A stretch of 64,000 nucleotides of DNA from an uncultured Methanoregulaceae archaeon (GCA_963705255.1 OY970061.1:128001-192000), one strand, 5' to 3'; shown: positions 30,841-42,356, numbered from the stretch's first letter. The notes: generated by a model from the letters alone, not told the origin. Numbers and translations are program-made.

Positions 30841-31521
30841 ATGAGCAAACCTCCTCTCATCCAGCTCATCGACGTCTCAAAGGTGTACCACCTCGAGAGC
30901 GGTGATTTTACCGCTCTCGACCATGTCTCGCTTGAGATCAATGACAACGAATTTGTCGCGATCATGGGACCGTCGGGTTCGGGAAAGTCGACGATAATGA
31001 ACCAGCTCGGGATCCTTGATGTCCCGTCCTCCGGAAAACTCATCATCGACGGCAGGGATGTGGCCGGCATGTCAAGTCTTGAGCGTACCCACATGCGCCG
31101 TGATATCATCGGGTATATCTTCCAGAAATTTTACCTGATCCCGCTCCTCTCGGCATACGAGAACGTGGAGTACCCGCTCATCCTCAAATACAAACACCGG
31201 GACACGTCCGGTAAGGCCAATGCCATGCTCGAGGCTGTCGGGATAGACAAGGATATGAGTGCCCACCGACCCAACCAGCTCTCCGGCGGACAACAGCAAC
31301 GGGTTGCCGTTGCGCGGGCTCTCGTCAACGACCCGAAGATCCTTCTCTGCGACGAGCCTACGGGCAACCTCGACAGAAAGACCGGTTTCCAGATCATGGA
31401 CATCCTCTGCGGGCTGCACAGGGATGGAAAGACAGTCATCATCGTCACCCATGATCCCGTGATTTCAGACTATGCGCACCGGGTCATCCGGCTCGAGGAC
31501 GGCAGGGTCGTAGAATCATGA
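30841..31521 (+). CDS. ABC ATP-binding protein (LolD/SalX/MacB-type)
   Basis: GPSGSGKST, LSGGQQQRVAVARAL, DEPTGNLD, VTHD; ATG at 30841. Confidence 0.95.
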   Translation: MSKPPLIQLIDVSKVYHLESGDFTALDHVSLEINDNEFVAIMGPSGSGKSTIMNQLGILDVPSSGKLIIDGRDVAGMSSLERTHMRRDIIGYIFQKFYLIPLLSAYENVEYPLILKYKHRDTSGKANAMLEAVGIDKDMSAHRPNQLSGGQQQRVAVARALVNDPKILLCDEPTGNLDRKTGFQIMDILCGLHRDGKTVIIVTHDPVISDYAHRVIRLEDGRVVES

Positions 31522-32712
31522 GCGACATCTTTTTCGAGCTCTCGGTGAGGAGCGTGAAGTCTGAATTTCCTGCGTTCCCTTCTCGCATCCATCGGCATTG
31601 TCATAGGCGTTGTCGCTATTTCTTCCATGGGGATGCTCGGGACGAACATGCAGCTCTCGGTAAAAGACCAGCTCTCGTCAAATGTCAACACGATCATGCT
31701 GACGTCCGACGTGGTGAAAGTAAGCACCAACCCGGCCGCCGCCACAGCGGTAAACGGGATCGATACCAGTGAGCTGAATGATATCCAGTCGTCTGCAGGG
31801 CAGAACGCAGTCGTCCCGATTCACCGTACGAGTATCCAGTTCAGCGTTGGCGATACGAATGGCAGAGGTTCGATCTATGGACTGAACCCGAACGATATCC
31901 CTAAGTTCCTTACCGTGGACCAGGGGTCGAATCTCAAGGGGGGAAATGACGCCCTGGTGGGTGCCACCATCGCCAGTAACTTCAACATAGGGGTCGGGAG
32001 CACCATCAAGATCGGGCAGAACTGCGCCACGATATCCCGGCCGGTAGTCCGCGTTGCCGGCATTCTTGCGGCGCGGGGAATCGCGTCAGACAACGTCAAT
32101 GCGGATAATGCGATCATCGTATCCGATGACTGGTATACGAACCATTTCGACGACAAGGACGTATACGACCAGGTGAACGTCATCCTGCAGAATGTGGATA
32201 CCATAAACCAGACCGAGGCAACTATTGACAAGAAAGTCAACCGGAATACCGATGTCATCCGCATCAGCGACGCCAGTTCCCGGCTGTCCACCATAACGAG
32301 CACGCTGGGCACTATCACGACATTCATCATGGCGATCGGCGGCATATCGCTTGTCGTGGCCGCAGTCAGTATCTTCAACGTGATGATGATGTCGGTGAAG
32401 GAACGCGTGCAGGAGATCGGTATCCTGCTCTCGATCGGCACGGAAAAAGGAGAGGTGAGACGGATGTTCCTGTATGAAGCGATCATCCTCGGGCTTATCG
32501 GGGCTGTGGTGGGTGGTATATGCAGTTTTGTCATCGGGTATTCTGTTGTGAACGCCATGATAGGCACTACTACGTATTTCTTCCGGCCCGAGAGCCTGAT
32601 CTATATCCCTTATGGTATGGTCATCGGCGTTGTTGTCTGTGTGGTGTCCGGGCTCTACCCGGCATGGATGGCATCGAACATGGACCCGATCGATGCCCTG
32701 AGAAGCGAGTGA
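31518..32712 (+). CDS. MacB/FtsX-type ABC permease, split by an indel near 31559
   Basis: LRSLLASIGIVIGVVAI in the second frame, VKERVQEIGIL, SGLYPAW..DPIDALRSE. Confidence 0.9.
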
Positions 32713-33021
32713 AGAAGTATCAGTACACCAATCCTTTTTTGTTCTCAGGACTGAAGCATCCGGGATCGCCCTTGTGCCTTTGAGGATAGCGAACCGATTC
32801 TGGCAGCAGCAGTTATCCAGGCAGCACCATGATTTTTGGGATGCTGGTGTAAAATCGCCCTTCCCTCCAGAAAAACTGGTTCAATTACATTGAATATCCG
32901 GACTAAATACAAATTTTTTAATATTGTGCACCACAACATTAACGGGTTGGTGCATCAGAACTTCATTACACCTCCCGCATGGTGCGTTCTGGCATCCATC
33001 TGGTTATTTTGAGAGGTTATC

Positions 33022-33612
33022 ATGGAACACCTAGAAGATAAAAACAGGAATAATATTTTTCTGAACGACAACACGGCAAACCCCGCCCCGCTCGGCCTGT
33101 GCGCCTTCGGCATGACAACACTGCTGCTGAGCCTGCACAATGCCGGCCTCACCGCCCTGACGAGCCCCATTCTTGCCATGGCACTCATCTATGGCGGAGT
33201 GGCACAGGTCATCGTCGGGATCATGGAATGGAAAAAGAACAACAGTTTCGGCATGCTGACCTTCGGGAGTTTTGGCTGCTTCTGGATCTCCTTTGCCACC
33301 CTCCTCATGCTGCCGGCACTCGGCCTCGCGAAAGCGCCCCAAGCGGTTGAACTGGCAGCGTTCCTTGCAATCTGGGGTATCTTCGCCCTCGGCCTCTTCA
33401 TCTGCACCCTCGCGATGCACCGCCTCCTCCAGGTAACGCTTGCCGCGGTCGTTCTCCTGGTCGTCCTCCTCGTTGCGGCGGAACTGACCGGGATCGGAGC
33501 GGTCCTCGTCCTTGCCGGTATCGTCGGGGTCATCGCCGGCGCACTCGCCCTTTATATGGGGATGGGACAGGTCATCAACGAGATCTTCGGGAGAACCGTT
33601 CTCCCGGTCTGA
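33022..33612 (+). CDS. satP: acetate uptake transporter (SatP/GPR1/FUN34/YaaH family)
   Basis: ANPAPLGLCAFGMTT signature; six TM helices. Confidence 0.9.
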   Translation: MEHLEDKNRNNIFLNDNTANPAPLGLCAFGMTTLLLSLHNAGLTALTSPILAMALIYGGVAQVIVGIMEWKKNNSFGMLTFGSFGCFWISFATLLMLPALGLAKAPQAVELAAFLAIWGIFALGLFICTLAMHRLLQVTLAAVVLLVVLLVAAELTGIGAVLVLAGIVGVIAGALALYMGMGQVINEIFGRTVLPV

Positions 33613-33743
33613 TCCCCCTTTTCCCTCGTCTGCCTTTAAAAAAGGCAGAATTAATTATATTCGGATTCAATCAGGGATCATGGACCCTTCGGATGCTATC
33701 CTGGATAAAGGGAGTACATCAGAAGGGCAGTCTCCGGTGACCG

Positions 33744-34814
33744 ATGCTCTTCCTTTCCGACGATGAGAAGACCGCGTGGGCTGCCTTCGCCCGCGAGATC
33801 TGCGACAGCTGCGCCGCACGACCACAGGAGTACCAGGAGAAGATCCGGCAGAACCTGGTCTCGGCTTTCGATTTTTACATCGGGACCCTCCTTGCCACCC
33901 GGGGGGAGGGGAGACGCTGCATGGAATGGCTCGGGGCGGGTGCACTCTGCGAGGAAGAAGGCCTCTTCTCGTCAACGTTTCTCCTGGGATTCCTGCAGCG
34001 CCATAACAGGCAGATGACCCGGCCCGCGGTCGCGTTCGAAGATCCCCGCCCGTTCATCCACTTTGCGAATGTCCCGATCATGAAAGAAGCCCGAAGGAAC
34101 CTCGTCTGCCAGTTCGGGCACTCGCTGCCGTCCTTCGAGAGGCCCGTCCGGTTCATGGACATCGGGTGTGGGGACGGCTCGCTCACCGCGATGGTCCTCA
34201 CCCGCCTGCTCGAGACGGGAAAGGTCGGGGAATTTGAGGAGATCCTCCTGGTCGATTCCTCGCCCGCGATGATCGAGTGCGCCCGGAAGACCGTGCATGC
34301 AGCATTTCCGGATCTTCCCGTCAGCACCGAGAAGGCGAGGATACAGGATTGTTCGGCGTCCATCGGCCACCGGTACGAGATCGCGATGAGTTCCCTTGCG
34401 TACCACCACATGCCCATGGAAGACAAAAGGGTCCACCTTGCACGGCTGAAACCCTGGATCGACCATTTCCTCCTCTTTGAGATGGATGCAAATAACGATA
34501 CCCCCGACCTCCTCTCTCCCGAGCTCGCGCTCTCCGTGTACCAGTCCTATGGCAGGATCATGGACTTCGTGTACGCCCACGATGCCCCGGTCGATGTCGT
34601 GACGGACTGCATAGATTCATTCCTGATGACAGAGGTGGTATCCATCCTCACCCAGCGTCGGGGAGCCCGTTCCGATTACCATATGCTGCGTGGCCAGTGG
34701 CACGAGCTCTTCAGGACCGTTCTCGGGCCGGAGTTCTCCATCCGCTCGGACTCCGCCTGCTATGCGGACGAATACATGACCCTCTTCACCATGCATTACG
34801 GCAGGGAGCGGTAG
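33744..34814 (+). CDS. class I SAM-dependent methyltransferase with an N-terminal extension
   Basis: FMDIGCGDG, VDSSPAM, SLAYHH. Confidence 0.8.
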   Translation: MLFLSDDEKTAWAAFAREICDSCAARPQEYQEKIRQNLVSAFDFYIGTLLATRGEGRRCMEWLGAGALCEEEGLFSSTFLLGFLQRHNRQMTRPAVAFEDPRPFIHFANVPIMKEARRNLVCQFGHSLPSFERPVRFMDIGCGDGSLTAMVLTRLLETGKVGEFEEILLVDSSPAMIECARKTVHAAFPDLPVSTEKARIQDCSASIGHRYEIAMSSLAYHHMPMEDKRVHLARLKPWIDHFLLFEMDANNDTPDLLSPELALSVYQSYGRIMDFVYAHDAPVDVVTDCIDSFLMTEVVSILTQRRGARSDYHMLRGQWHELFRTVLGPEFSIRSDSACYADEYMTLFTMHYGRER

Positions 34815-34834
34815 TCCCGCTCCCGCCTTTCATT

Positions 34835-35635
34835 TCAGCCCTCTTTCTCGAGATCAAATACCCACCGGCTCACTCCCGGTGCCACGTTCCCGCAGGGTTT
34901 ATTGTACAGGACACTGAGCCCTTTCTGCCCGAACATCCTGGTCAGCAGAGGGATCTCCCGACGGGTCTTGAATGTATAAAAATGGAGCATCCCCCCTCCG
35001 GGGACGAGCGGCAGAAATGTGTCTAGGACCTGATCCATCCCGTAGGGTGTCGGGATGATCACCCGGTCGAACCGGTGGTGCGGCAACAGGGAAAGATCCC
35101 GGGCGTCTCCCTGGATGATCCTGCAGTTCCGCCGGACGTGGTTGAGCGCCACGTTCTCGTCGAGCCAGGAGAATGCGTCGGGGCTCTGTTCGACGGCAAC
35201 CACCGGTGCACCTTTCGCCGCGGCCGGGATGGCAAAAGGGCCGACACCGGCGAACGGCACAAAAACCTGTTCTCCCGGTTCAACCTGGTCGATCACCCGT
35301 ATCCGTTCGTATGCCATACGGGTATTGAAGAAGACCCTGCTGACATCCAGGCGGTACTCAAACCCGAATTCCCGGTGGAGTGTCACGGTCGTATCCCCGA
35401 TGAGCGTATCATAGTGCGCTGTCCGCGAATTGCCCGAGACCTTCTCAACCTTGTTGAGAACCGTAGAGATATTTCTTCTCCGGGTGATGACAGCCTCAGC
35501 CACTGCGTAACGGAATTCAGCCAGTTCCTCCGGGATTGACAGGACTGCAATATCCCCGATAACCTCAAACCGGTCGGAAAGGTGCTTCAGTCGGTCTTCC
35601 GGGATGATGCCCCTCATCTGGTCTCTGAGTCTCAT
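34835..35635 (-). CDS. Trm5/Taw2 (Met-10+) family tRNA-modifying methyltransferase
   Basis: FEVIGDIAV, HREFGFEYRLDVSRVFFN, PFAGVGPFAIP. Confidence 0.85.
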   Translation of the reverse strand: MRLRDQMRGIIPEDRLKHLSDRFEVIGDIAVLSIPEELAEFRYAVAEAVITRRRNISTVLNKVEKVSGNSRTAHYDTLIGDTTVTLHREFGFEYRLDVSRVFFNTRMAYERIRVIDQVEPGEQVFVPFAGVGPFAIPAAAKGAPVVAVEQSPDAFSWLDENVALNHVRRNCRIIQGDARDLSLLPHHRFDRVIIPTPYGMDQVLDTFLPLVPGGGMLHFYTFKTRREIPLLTRMFGQKGLSVLYNKPCGNVAPGVSRWVFDLEKEG

Positions 35636-35809
35636 TCTTCAGGATATCCGGTAGATCTTCCCATACCAAAACAATTCCCGAATCGCTATCTCCCCTAATG
35701 AGGGTTTCACCCGGCATGGGTGCAGTTCGCGGCTCCCGGGTCTGGAAAAAATTCCGGCATGTATCAAAAACAAATATTAATGCTGCTTCAGTTACCTGTT
35801 CTCTTCATC

Positions 35810-36667
35810 ATGATGCGGGTGCGGGGAGTCGAACGGATCCTGCGGGCATATGCCACGGTTGAGGGGGCCGGGGTGAAATTGCACCGGGCGTTCGGGAATT
35901 ACGAGGTCCCCCAGTTCGATCCCTTCCTGCTGCTGGACGATTTCAGGGCCGGGCGACCGGAAGATTATCTCGCAGGCTTCCCCTGGCACCCTCACCGGGG
36001 TATCGAAACGGTCACCTACATGATCGAAGGCACGGTGGAGCACGGTGACAGCATGGGACATTCGGGCAATGTCAACGCAGGGGATGTCCAGTGGATGACG
36101 GCAGGATCCGGGATCATCCACCAGGAGATGCCACAACCGGTGAACGGGCGCATGGGAGGGTTCCAGCTCTGGGTGAACCTGCCCGCAGCGAATAAGATGA
36201 TGGACCCGCGATACCAGGAGATCGGGAAGGCGCAGATACCCGTGGTCTCCCCGACACCGGAGATCACCATTGCCGTTATCTGCGGATCGTGCAACGGTGT
36301 GACCGGGCCGGTCCGGGATATTATCGCCGATCCCCAGTACCTCGATGTATCCCTTGCACCGGACACGATCTTCACGCTGCCGGTGAGGGAAGGATACACA
36401 GCCTTCGGCTATGTCACCGGAGGAGAAGGGACGTTCGATTCGGAAGAAGGACACCGGGTGGTCAACCGGGACCTGGTCCTGTTTGGCGGCGGGGCTTCGA
36501 TCTGGGCGAAGTCTTTTGGCAAGGGGGTGCGTTTCCTCTTCGTCTCCGGGAAGCCTATCGGGGAACCGGTTGCCTGGCGGGGCCCGATCGTCATGACTAC
36601 GCGGGAGGAACTGCGCCAGGCATTCAGGGAATATGAGAACGGGACATTTATCAGAAAGAAAGCCTGA
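35810..36667 (+). CDS. pirin family protein
   Basis: DPFLLLDDF, HPHRGIETVTY, WMTAGSGIIHQE, QLWVNLP. Confidence 0.95.
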   Translation: MMRVRGVERILRAYATVEGAGVKLHRAFGNYEVPQFDPFLLLDDFRAGRPEDYLAGFPWHPHRGIETVTYMIEGTVEHGDSMGHSGNVNAGDVQWMTAGSGIIHQEMPQPVNGRMGGFQLWVNLPAANKMMDPRYQEIGKAQIPVVSPTPEITIAVICGSCNGVTGPVRDIIADPQYLDVSLAPDTIFTLPVREGYTAFGYVTGGEGTFDSEEGHRVVNRDLVLFGGGASIWAKSFGKGVRFLFVSGKPIGEPVAWRGPIVMTTREELRQAFREYENGTFIRKKA

Positions 36668-36700
36668 GCTGACGGAAGTGCCCTGATCGGGGGTGCCGGC

Positions 36701-37300
36701 ATGAAAACGCCTGCTCTTTACACAACGGCCGATAACGTTGCATTTCATCTCCGGGAAACACCCTTCCGCCAGATCTTCGAAGTCCCGGAATACCGGTTCA
36801 GCGACATCTGGCCCGGCGATCGTGTCCTCGATATCGGTGCGAACGTCGGGGCATTCTGCATCCGTGCAGCCCGCATTTCAGGGCACGTCACGGCTGTCGA
36901 ACCGGTTACGGCGCGGATACTTGAAGAGAACATCAGGCTGAACAATGTCTCCGTCGCCGTAATTGCAGGGGCACTCGGGGACGGGAGACCGGCCGGGATC
37001 GCATGGGACGGGTGCCGTGTAACCAGCCCCACGTACACCCTCCGCTCGCTCACCGGGATGGCCGGGGGGTGCGATTTTCTGAAATGCGACTGCGAAGGAG
37101 CCGAGTGGTCGATCGATCCCGCGGACCTCGGAACCGTCAGGAGGATTGAGATGGAACTGCATATCCCCCCGATAAGCGGTCCGCCGGATCCCACGCTCCT
37201 CGAGTATATCTCCCGTCATTATGATTTTTCGATCGACCGGGACCCCTGTCATCATGTCCTCGGGGTCATGGGGATACTCCACGCAGAACGGCGGAACTAA
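36701..37300 (+). CDS. FkbM family methyltransferase
   Basis: VLDIGANVGAF, AVEP, LKCDCEGAE, MELH. Confidence 0.85.
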   Translation: MKTPALYTTADNVAFHLRETPFRQIFEVPEYRFSDIWPGDRVLDIGANVGAFCIRAARISGHVTAVEPVTARILEENIRLNNVSVAVIAGALGDGRPAGIAWDGCRVTSPTYTLRSLTGMAGGCDFLKCDCEGAEWSIDPADLGTVRRIEMELHIPPISGPPDPTLLEYISRHYDFSIDRDPCHHVLGVMGILHAERRN

Positions 37301-37410
37301 AAAAAGGTTTTACGCAAACGTCCCGGTTCCAGCCGGGAAGGAACTGAATCTGTCAACCGTTTTGCCAACCTTCAAGAACCGGCCAGCCAAACACCATGCA
37401 GGGAGATCTC

Positions 37411-38074
37411 ATGTGCAGCGATATTTTTGAACAAAGAAATGTCTTCCTCGACCAGATCCTCGCCGAACGCCGTTCGCACCGGGTGTTCAGGCCAGAAGCG
37501 CCGTCGGAAGACGGGATACGCCGCATCCTCCATGCCGGGTTACTTGCCCCGTTCGCAGCGGCAGCGGTCGGGGACTCAAAGGATTATTTCCGCCGGTTCT
37601 TCGTCATGAGGAACGGATCGCGGAGCATGAAGGCAGTCATCCCCCTTGTCCGGGAGCAGGTCGCCGCCATGGCGCAGGACATTGAACGGAAGATGGAGGA
37701 CGATCCCGTCCTCCGCGCAAAAGCGGTTACGTTTGTCCAGCGGCTTGCTGCGATCCGGAAGATGGGGCAGTACCCGGTGTCGGGACTGCCCCATGGTATA
37801 TCGTTGTGGCAGAACGGAAAGGGTTTCCCCCGGTTGACTCCAGTCGCTTGCGCACTGCATGGAGAACATGTGGCTGAAAGCGACTGCCCTCGGGCTCGGG
37901 TTCCAGCTCGTCTCGGTAACCTCGCAGATGTCCCCGGACCCGGAATTCTGCCGGGTCCTGGGCATTCCTGCCGGAGAATGGGAGCTGATGGGATGTGCGA
38001 TCGGCTATCCTGCAGATGATCTCTCCCCTTCCATCAGGCCACCGGTTGAGGATGTAACATGCTGGCTTGAATAA
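37411..38074 (+). CDS. nitroreductase family protein, split by indels near 37770 and 37838
   Basis: RRSHRVF, GLLAP, APWYIVV in an alternative frame, MENMWLKATALGLG, AIGYP. Confidence 0.82.
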
Positions 38075-38300
38075 CAGGTTTTTGGGTTTGGGAGAAATCA
38101 TCAGCGTTCGTTGCAGACACTCATGGGTAGTCCCTTCGTCGCAATGGTCCTCATATAATCGGAGACAATATTTCGAAAAGAATGGGAATTAAAAGAGGGT
38201 CATTCTCAAACCATTTGAAATTATAGGCAATTTTTTTTGACAGAATTTCCTCTGAAAATCGTAGTATTCAGATATCACCGGTAGTCGTTTCTCTTCATCA

Positions 38301-38585
38301 TCGCGATGAACGCCGCCGCAGTCCAAGATCTTCTGGCGAAAATCTTCTCCACAGCCTTTGGCTGTCCCCGACGGGGAGCCAGCCGTGACCAGATGGTCAG
38401 GGCTGGCTGAAGAAAATTCTATTAAGAATTTTCGACTCGCCCCCGCGGCGGTTCAACCACCTTGCCCTGCCGTGCCTCTTCTCTTACGAGATTCGGCAAG
38501 TCGAAGAACCTGATGGTTCTTCTCCCGTCTCATTCCTGCGGAATTCGACGCCTCGGAGAGGCCCTGAGGCGGGGAGCGCTCGTAA
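38301..38585 (+). repeat. dispersed repeat family A (core1 + core2), both cores expanded with hairpin modules
   Basis: TCGCGATGAACGCCGCCGC..CGCCCCCGCGGCGG and TGCCCTGCCGTGCC..CTCGGAGAGGCCCTGAGGCGGGGAGCGCTCGTAA. Confidence 0.85.
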
Positions 38586-38695
38586 CTGAACGATTTTCAC
38601 GTTTTGAAGTGAACTCAATCGGTTTATATCTGTATCCATCAAGCCGTTTTTCCGCGTGGTTGTTCCGGTCGGGAATCCCCACCGGTTACCTTTTT

Positions 38696-38905
38696 TCACG
38701 AGAACGCATACCACGCGAGCATACCGATACAGATGAGCGAAAAGATGAGGACCAGGGCAACATTGATGGCTTTTTCCTTCCCTGACATTGACTGCCAGTC
38801 GCCCTTCTGTCTCTTTGCGAGGTACCCTATGGCCAGCCCTATCCCGGTCCCGGCAAGGGAACCCAGCGCAATGACATTCAGGATGCTGAACAGGTCCGCA
38901 CTCAT
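38696..38905 (-). CDS. small two-TM membrane protein (69 aa)
   Basis: Two hydrophobic helices separated by KRQKGDWQSMSGKEK. Confidence 0.7.
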   Translation of the reverse strand: MSADLFSILNVIALGSLAGTGIGLAIGYLAKRQKGDWQSMSGKEKAINVALVLIFSLICIGMLAWYAFS

Positions 38906-38999
38906 ACGTTCACGGTATCCGGGTTGCCTCTCTTCAGATATAAATCCCCGTCAGGCGGGTGTGGACCCGGGCCCGTGTCCCTGAGGCCCGGCACCTGCG

Positions 39000-39968
39000 T
39001 CATAACGGGGCCCGCGGTCGGCGGACCATTCCCAGGGCGATGGCAATGCAGATGGCAAGCAGGGTTCCCGGGATGAACTCTGCCGCCTTGAACGGAATGG
39101 GCGGGACCGGGGATACCGGTGCAAGCACAATAGTCAGTGGCTGGTTCTCGCCGGCAACTACCGATACCGCCTGTTCGGTGGTGACAAATCCGTCATGGGA
39201 GACCGAGACCGTATGGTTGCCGGGCAGGATACCGGAGAGCGTTGAAGGGGAAGTCCCCGCATCTGCGCCGTCAAGAAGGATCCGGGCACCGGAGGGAGAT
39301 GCATTCACCGGAAGAAACCCCAGCTCCGGAGCAAGGGTCACGCTGACTTCCGCTGTCTGCCCGCTCCCGACCGTTACCGGGGTTGATACTTTCGTGTACC
39401 CGAACTTTGAGACGGTGACGTTATAGGTGCCGGGCTCCACCCCCTCTTTTGTTATGGGTGTACTCCCCAGATACTGCCCGTTGAAGACGACTGAAGCGTT
39501 GTCCGGTACGGAAAAGAACTGGACCGAACCCGGTACCGATGGCGTGGTTACTACGACATACGGTTTGAGGAGGGTGACCGATATCGTCCCGTAATCGGCA
39601 TCGCTCAGGTGGGAAAGGTCATCCGGGCCGTCGACCACCCAGATAGTGTATATCCCTTCGTCAAGGCGTCCCCCGGTATCTGCCGTATTCCATTCGTAGC
39701 TCCAGCGGTCGTTGCCGTCAACATCGACAACCGTGAACCCGCCCTGGTCAGCACGCAGGTTGATATTATCGAGTGCTACGCCATTAACCGGCAGGTTGGG
39801 ACCGGTCAGGAAGAGGTAGACCGACTGGCTGGCGGGCGAATATCCCGAGAGCGGTACGATGTCTCCCAGATAGGTCTGGATACCTGGCGCTGCCGAGACT
39901 CCGCTTACAAGGACAAGGCAGGCAACGATGACGAGTGCCGCGTATGCAGCGGTGCGGATGAATCCCAT
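39000..39968 (-). CDS. PEGA-domain surface protein
   Basis: Signal peptide; two PEGA repeats (SVPDNASVVFNGQYLGSTP..PGTYNVTVSKFGY); C-terminal TM. Confidence 0.88.
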   Translation of the reverse strand: MGFIRTAAYAALVIVACLVLVSGVSAAPGIQTYLGDIVPLSGYSPASQSVYLFLTGPNLPVNGVALDNINLRADQGGFTVVDVDGNDRWSYEWNTADTGGRLDEGIYTIWVVDGPDDLSHLSDADYGTISVTLLKPYVVVTTPSVPGSVQFFSVPDNASVVFNGQYLGSTPITKEGVEPGTYNVTVSKFGYTKVSTPVTVGSGQTAEVSVTLAPELGFLPVNASPSGARILLDGADAGTSPSTLSGILPGNHTVSVSHDGFVTTEQAVSVVAGENQPLTIVLAPVSPVPPIPFKAAEFIPGTLLAICIAIALGMVRRPRAPL

Positions 39969-40121
39969 ATGCCCTCATCTTGTTATTGCCGACATTTGGT
40001 TAAGCCTTTTGGATTCCGTAGATCGTAGCCCCGGACCATAAACCCCGGAGGACAGCGATGAAAAAAGACTGCCGATCTGCACATCTTCAGGCACACGAAT
40101 CACTTTCTTATTAATACCCTC

Positions 40122-41544
40122 ATGTCTCACCTAACATCAGACACTACCATGCACCAGCCGGATATCAGGAAGGTGGCGCTCTTTATCGCGGTTCTCTCGG
40201 GTTTTATAACGCCGTTTGACCTCTCCGCAGTCACCATCGCCCTGCCGTCCATCGGCTCGGAATTCGCTATGGATGCAGTCACCCTTTCCTGGGTGTCGAC
40301 CGCCTACCTGCTCGCGGCCGGGGTCTTTCTCGTCCCTTTCGGCAGGATCGCTGATATATACGGGCGGAAAAAAGTGTTTGTCGCCGGGCTCCTTCTCTTC
40401 ATCATCGCATCTGCCTGCATGGTCCTCTCGGTTTCTTCGGTCATGATCATCCTCCTTCGGGTGCTGCAGGGGACAGGTGCGGCGCTGATATTCGGCACGG
40501 CCGTCGCGATCCTCACGGAGGTCTCACCGGTTGCCGAACGGGGCCGGGCTCTGGGAATTTATACGACCGCTGTCTATCTCGGGCTCTCCCTGGGGCCATT
40601 CCTCGGCGGTTTCCTGGTCCAGCACTTCGGATGGCGGAGCCTCTTCCTCGTCAATGTCCCCATCGGGCTTTTTACGATCGCCCTGATCCTGCTCTACCTG
40701 AAAGGGGAGTGGGCAGACTCGCGGGGCGAGACGTTCGATCTTGGCGGCGCCGTCCAGTACCGGCCTTGCCCTGATCTGCATCATGTACGGGTTCTCGCTG
40801 CTGCCTGATACCGGGGGTTTTCTCCTCCTCGTGGCGGGTACCGCGATACTGGTATGGTTTGTGGCACGGGAATTGCGGGTCTCCCACCCCCTGATGGATA
40901 TCGGCCTCTGGACGAAGAACCGGGCCTTCGCCTTCTCCAACCTTGCCGCACTCATCAACTACAGTGCGACTTTTGCCGTCACGTTCTTCCTGAGCCTCTA
41001 CCTCCAGTATGTCAGGGATATTGATCCCTGGTACGCGGGGACCATCCTCATCATCCAGCCGGTCATGCAGGCCGTCCTCTCTCCCTATGCCGGGCGGCTC
41101 TCGGACCGGATCCCTCCCGGGTGGATCGCATCGGTCGGCATGGGGCTGACTGCGGTGGGGCTTGTGGCGCTCGCGTTTCTCGACAATACCACGCCGGTCC
41201 CTGTGCTCATGCTCATTCTCGCGGTGATCGGGATCGGGTTCGGCCTTTTTTCATCGCCGAACGTCAATGCCATCATGAGTTCGGTACAGAAAAAATATCT
41301 CGGGATCGCGTCGGGGACCCTAGGCACGATGCGTCTCGTGGGCCAGATGCTCTCCATGGGTATTGCGACGATGATCCTGGCAATCTACATCGGCAGGACC
41401 CAGATCACCTCTTCCCAGTACGGGCAGCTCCTCTCGGGCATGAAATCCGGCTTTCTGATCTTTTCCGTCCTCTGCCTCGTCGGTATTGCGTTCTCTCTTG
41501 TCCGGTGCGCACGTACCGATGAGTCTGAAGCGTGCGTGCGCTGA
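40122..41544 (+). CDS. MFS transporter (DHA2/EmrB-like, 14 TM), split by a +1 indel near 40760
   Basis: VPFGRIADIYGRKK motif A, LGPFLGG, WRSLFLVNVPIG, FSSPN. Confidence 0.9.
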
Positions 41545-41676
41545 CCCGGCGTCCCTGGTTGTCTCTGCAGATTGTTTCTGGTGCTGTAGTTAAAAAAGGA
41601 ATTCCCGGAAGGGCTGACTGTTCATTTTTCTGCCCGGGCACTTCATCCCGTTCTGCCGGGGCCCGGAAAAAATCAT

Positions 41677-41964
41677 CTATGCCTTGCGTGTCTCTTTCAG
41701 GATCAGGCTGCTCTGGAGATGCCGGTACAGGGCGATGATGACCAGGACATAGGCAAGGGTCCTTATGATAATGAGCGGGATCATCAGCGGCACCTTCAGG
41801 CCGGCAAGGGTCGCTGCATGCGAGATACCGAAGAGGCCGAATGCCGCCCCGATATACAGGGGCAGGTTATGCCTGCTCTTTTTGAAACAGAGACATGCAA
41901 GGATGACGATGATGATACACAGTACAAGATTGATGAACGTGATGGGGTCCCATTCCAGTGCCAT
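41677..41964 (-). CDS. small three-TM membrane protein
   Basis: Hydrophobic helices; GLFGISH motif. Confidence 0.7.
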   Translation of the reverse strand: MALEWDPITFINLVLCIIIVILACLCFKKSRHNLPLYIGAAFGLFGISHAATLAGLKVPLMIPLIIIRTLAYVLVIIALYRHLQSSLILKETRKA

Positions 41965-42135
41965 AGACTACACCTGCATGATATTCCACGTAACTTTTCT
42001 TTAGGGTAACGATCTGTTCCCGGTATTTTGCCGGGCTTCTCTCTCGAGATTTTTTCGTCGGAAAAAATAATTATTCCAAGCGGGGGGCCGGCAGGGGATA
42101 CGACACTTCTCGCTAAGGACGAGCCCCTCCCCGGG

Positions 42136-42261
42136 CTACAGCGACTGCTCCCATGTATGGCCGCAGTCATTGCAGAGGCACACGACGATCGTCTTGTTCT
42201 CTACCGTCTTGCAGTCCGTCCACTCCGTATTTTTTGAACTGCACTTCGGACAATTTGACAT
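42136..42261 (-). CDS. 41-aa zinc-ribbon microprotein (TFS/RpoM C-terminal-like), absent from the ORF track
   Basis: Hand translation gives MSNCPKCSSKNTEWTDCKTVENKTIVVCLCNDCGHTWEQSL*, with CPKC and CNDCGHTW. Confidence 0.8.
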   Translation of the reverse strand: MSNCPKCSSKNTEWTDCKTVENKTIVVCLCNDCGHTWEQSL

Positions 42262-42356
42262 GGTTTTTGCAATGCGACGCAGTGGTAATATTGTTTACGT
42301 ACTTGCTCTGATCTCTATGAAAAATTGTACCCCGGGCCGGGCCGGCAGGCCGGAGA

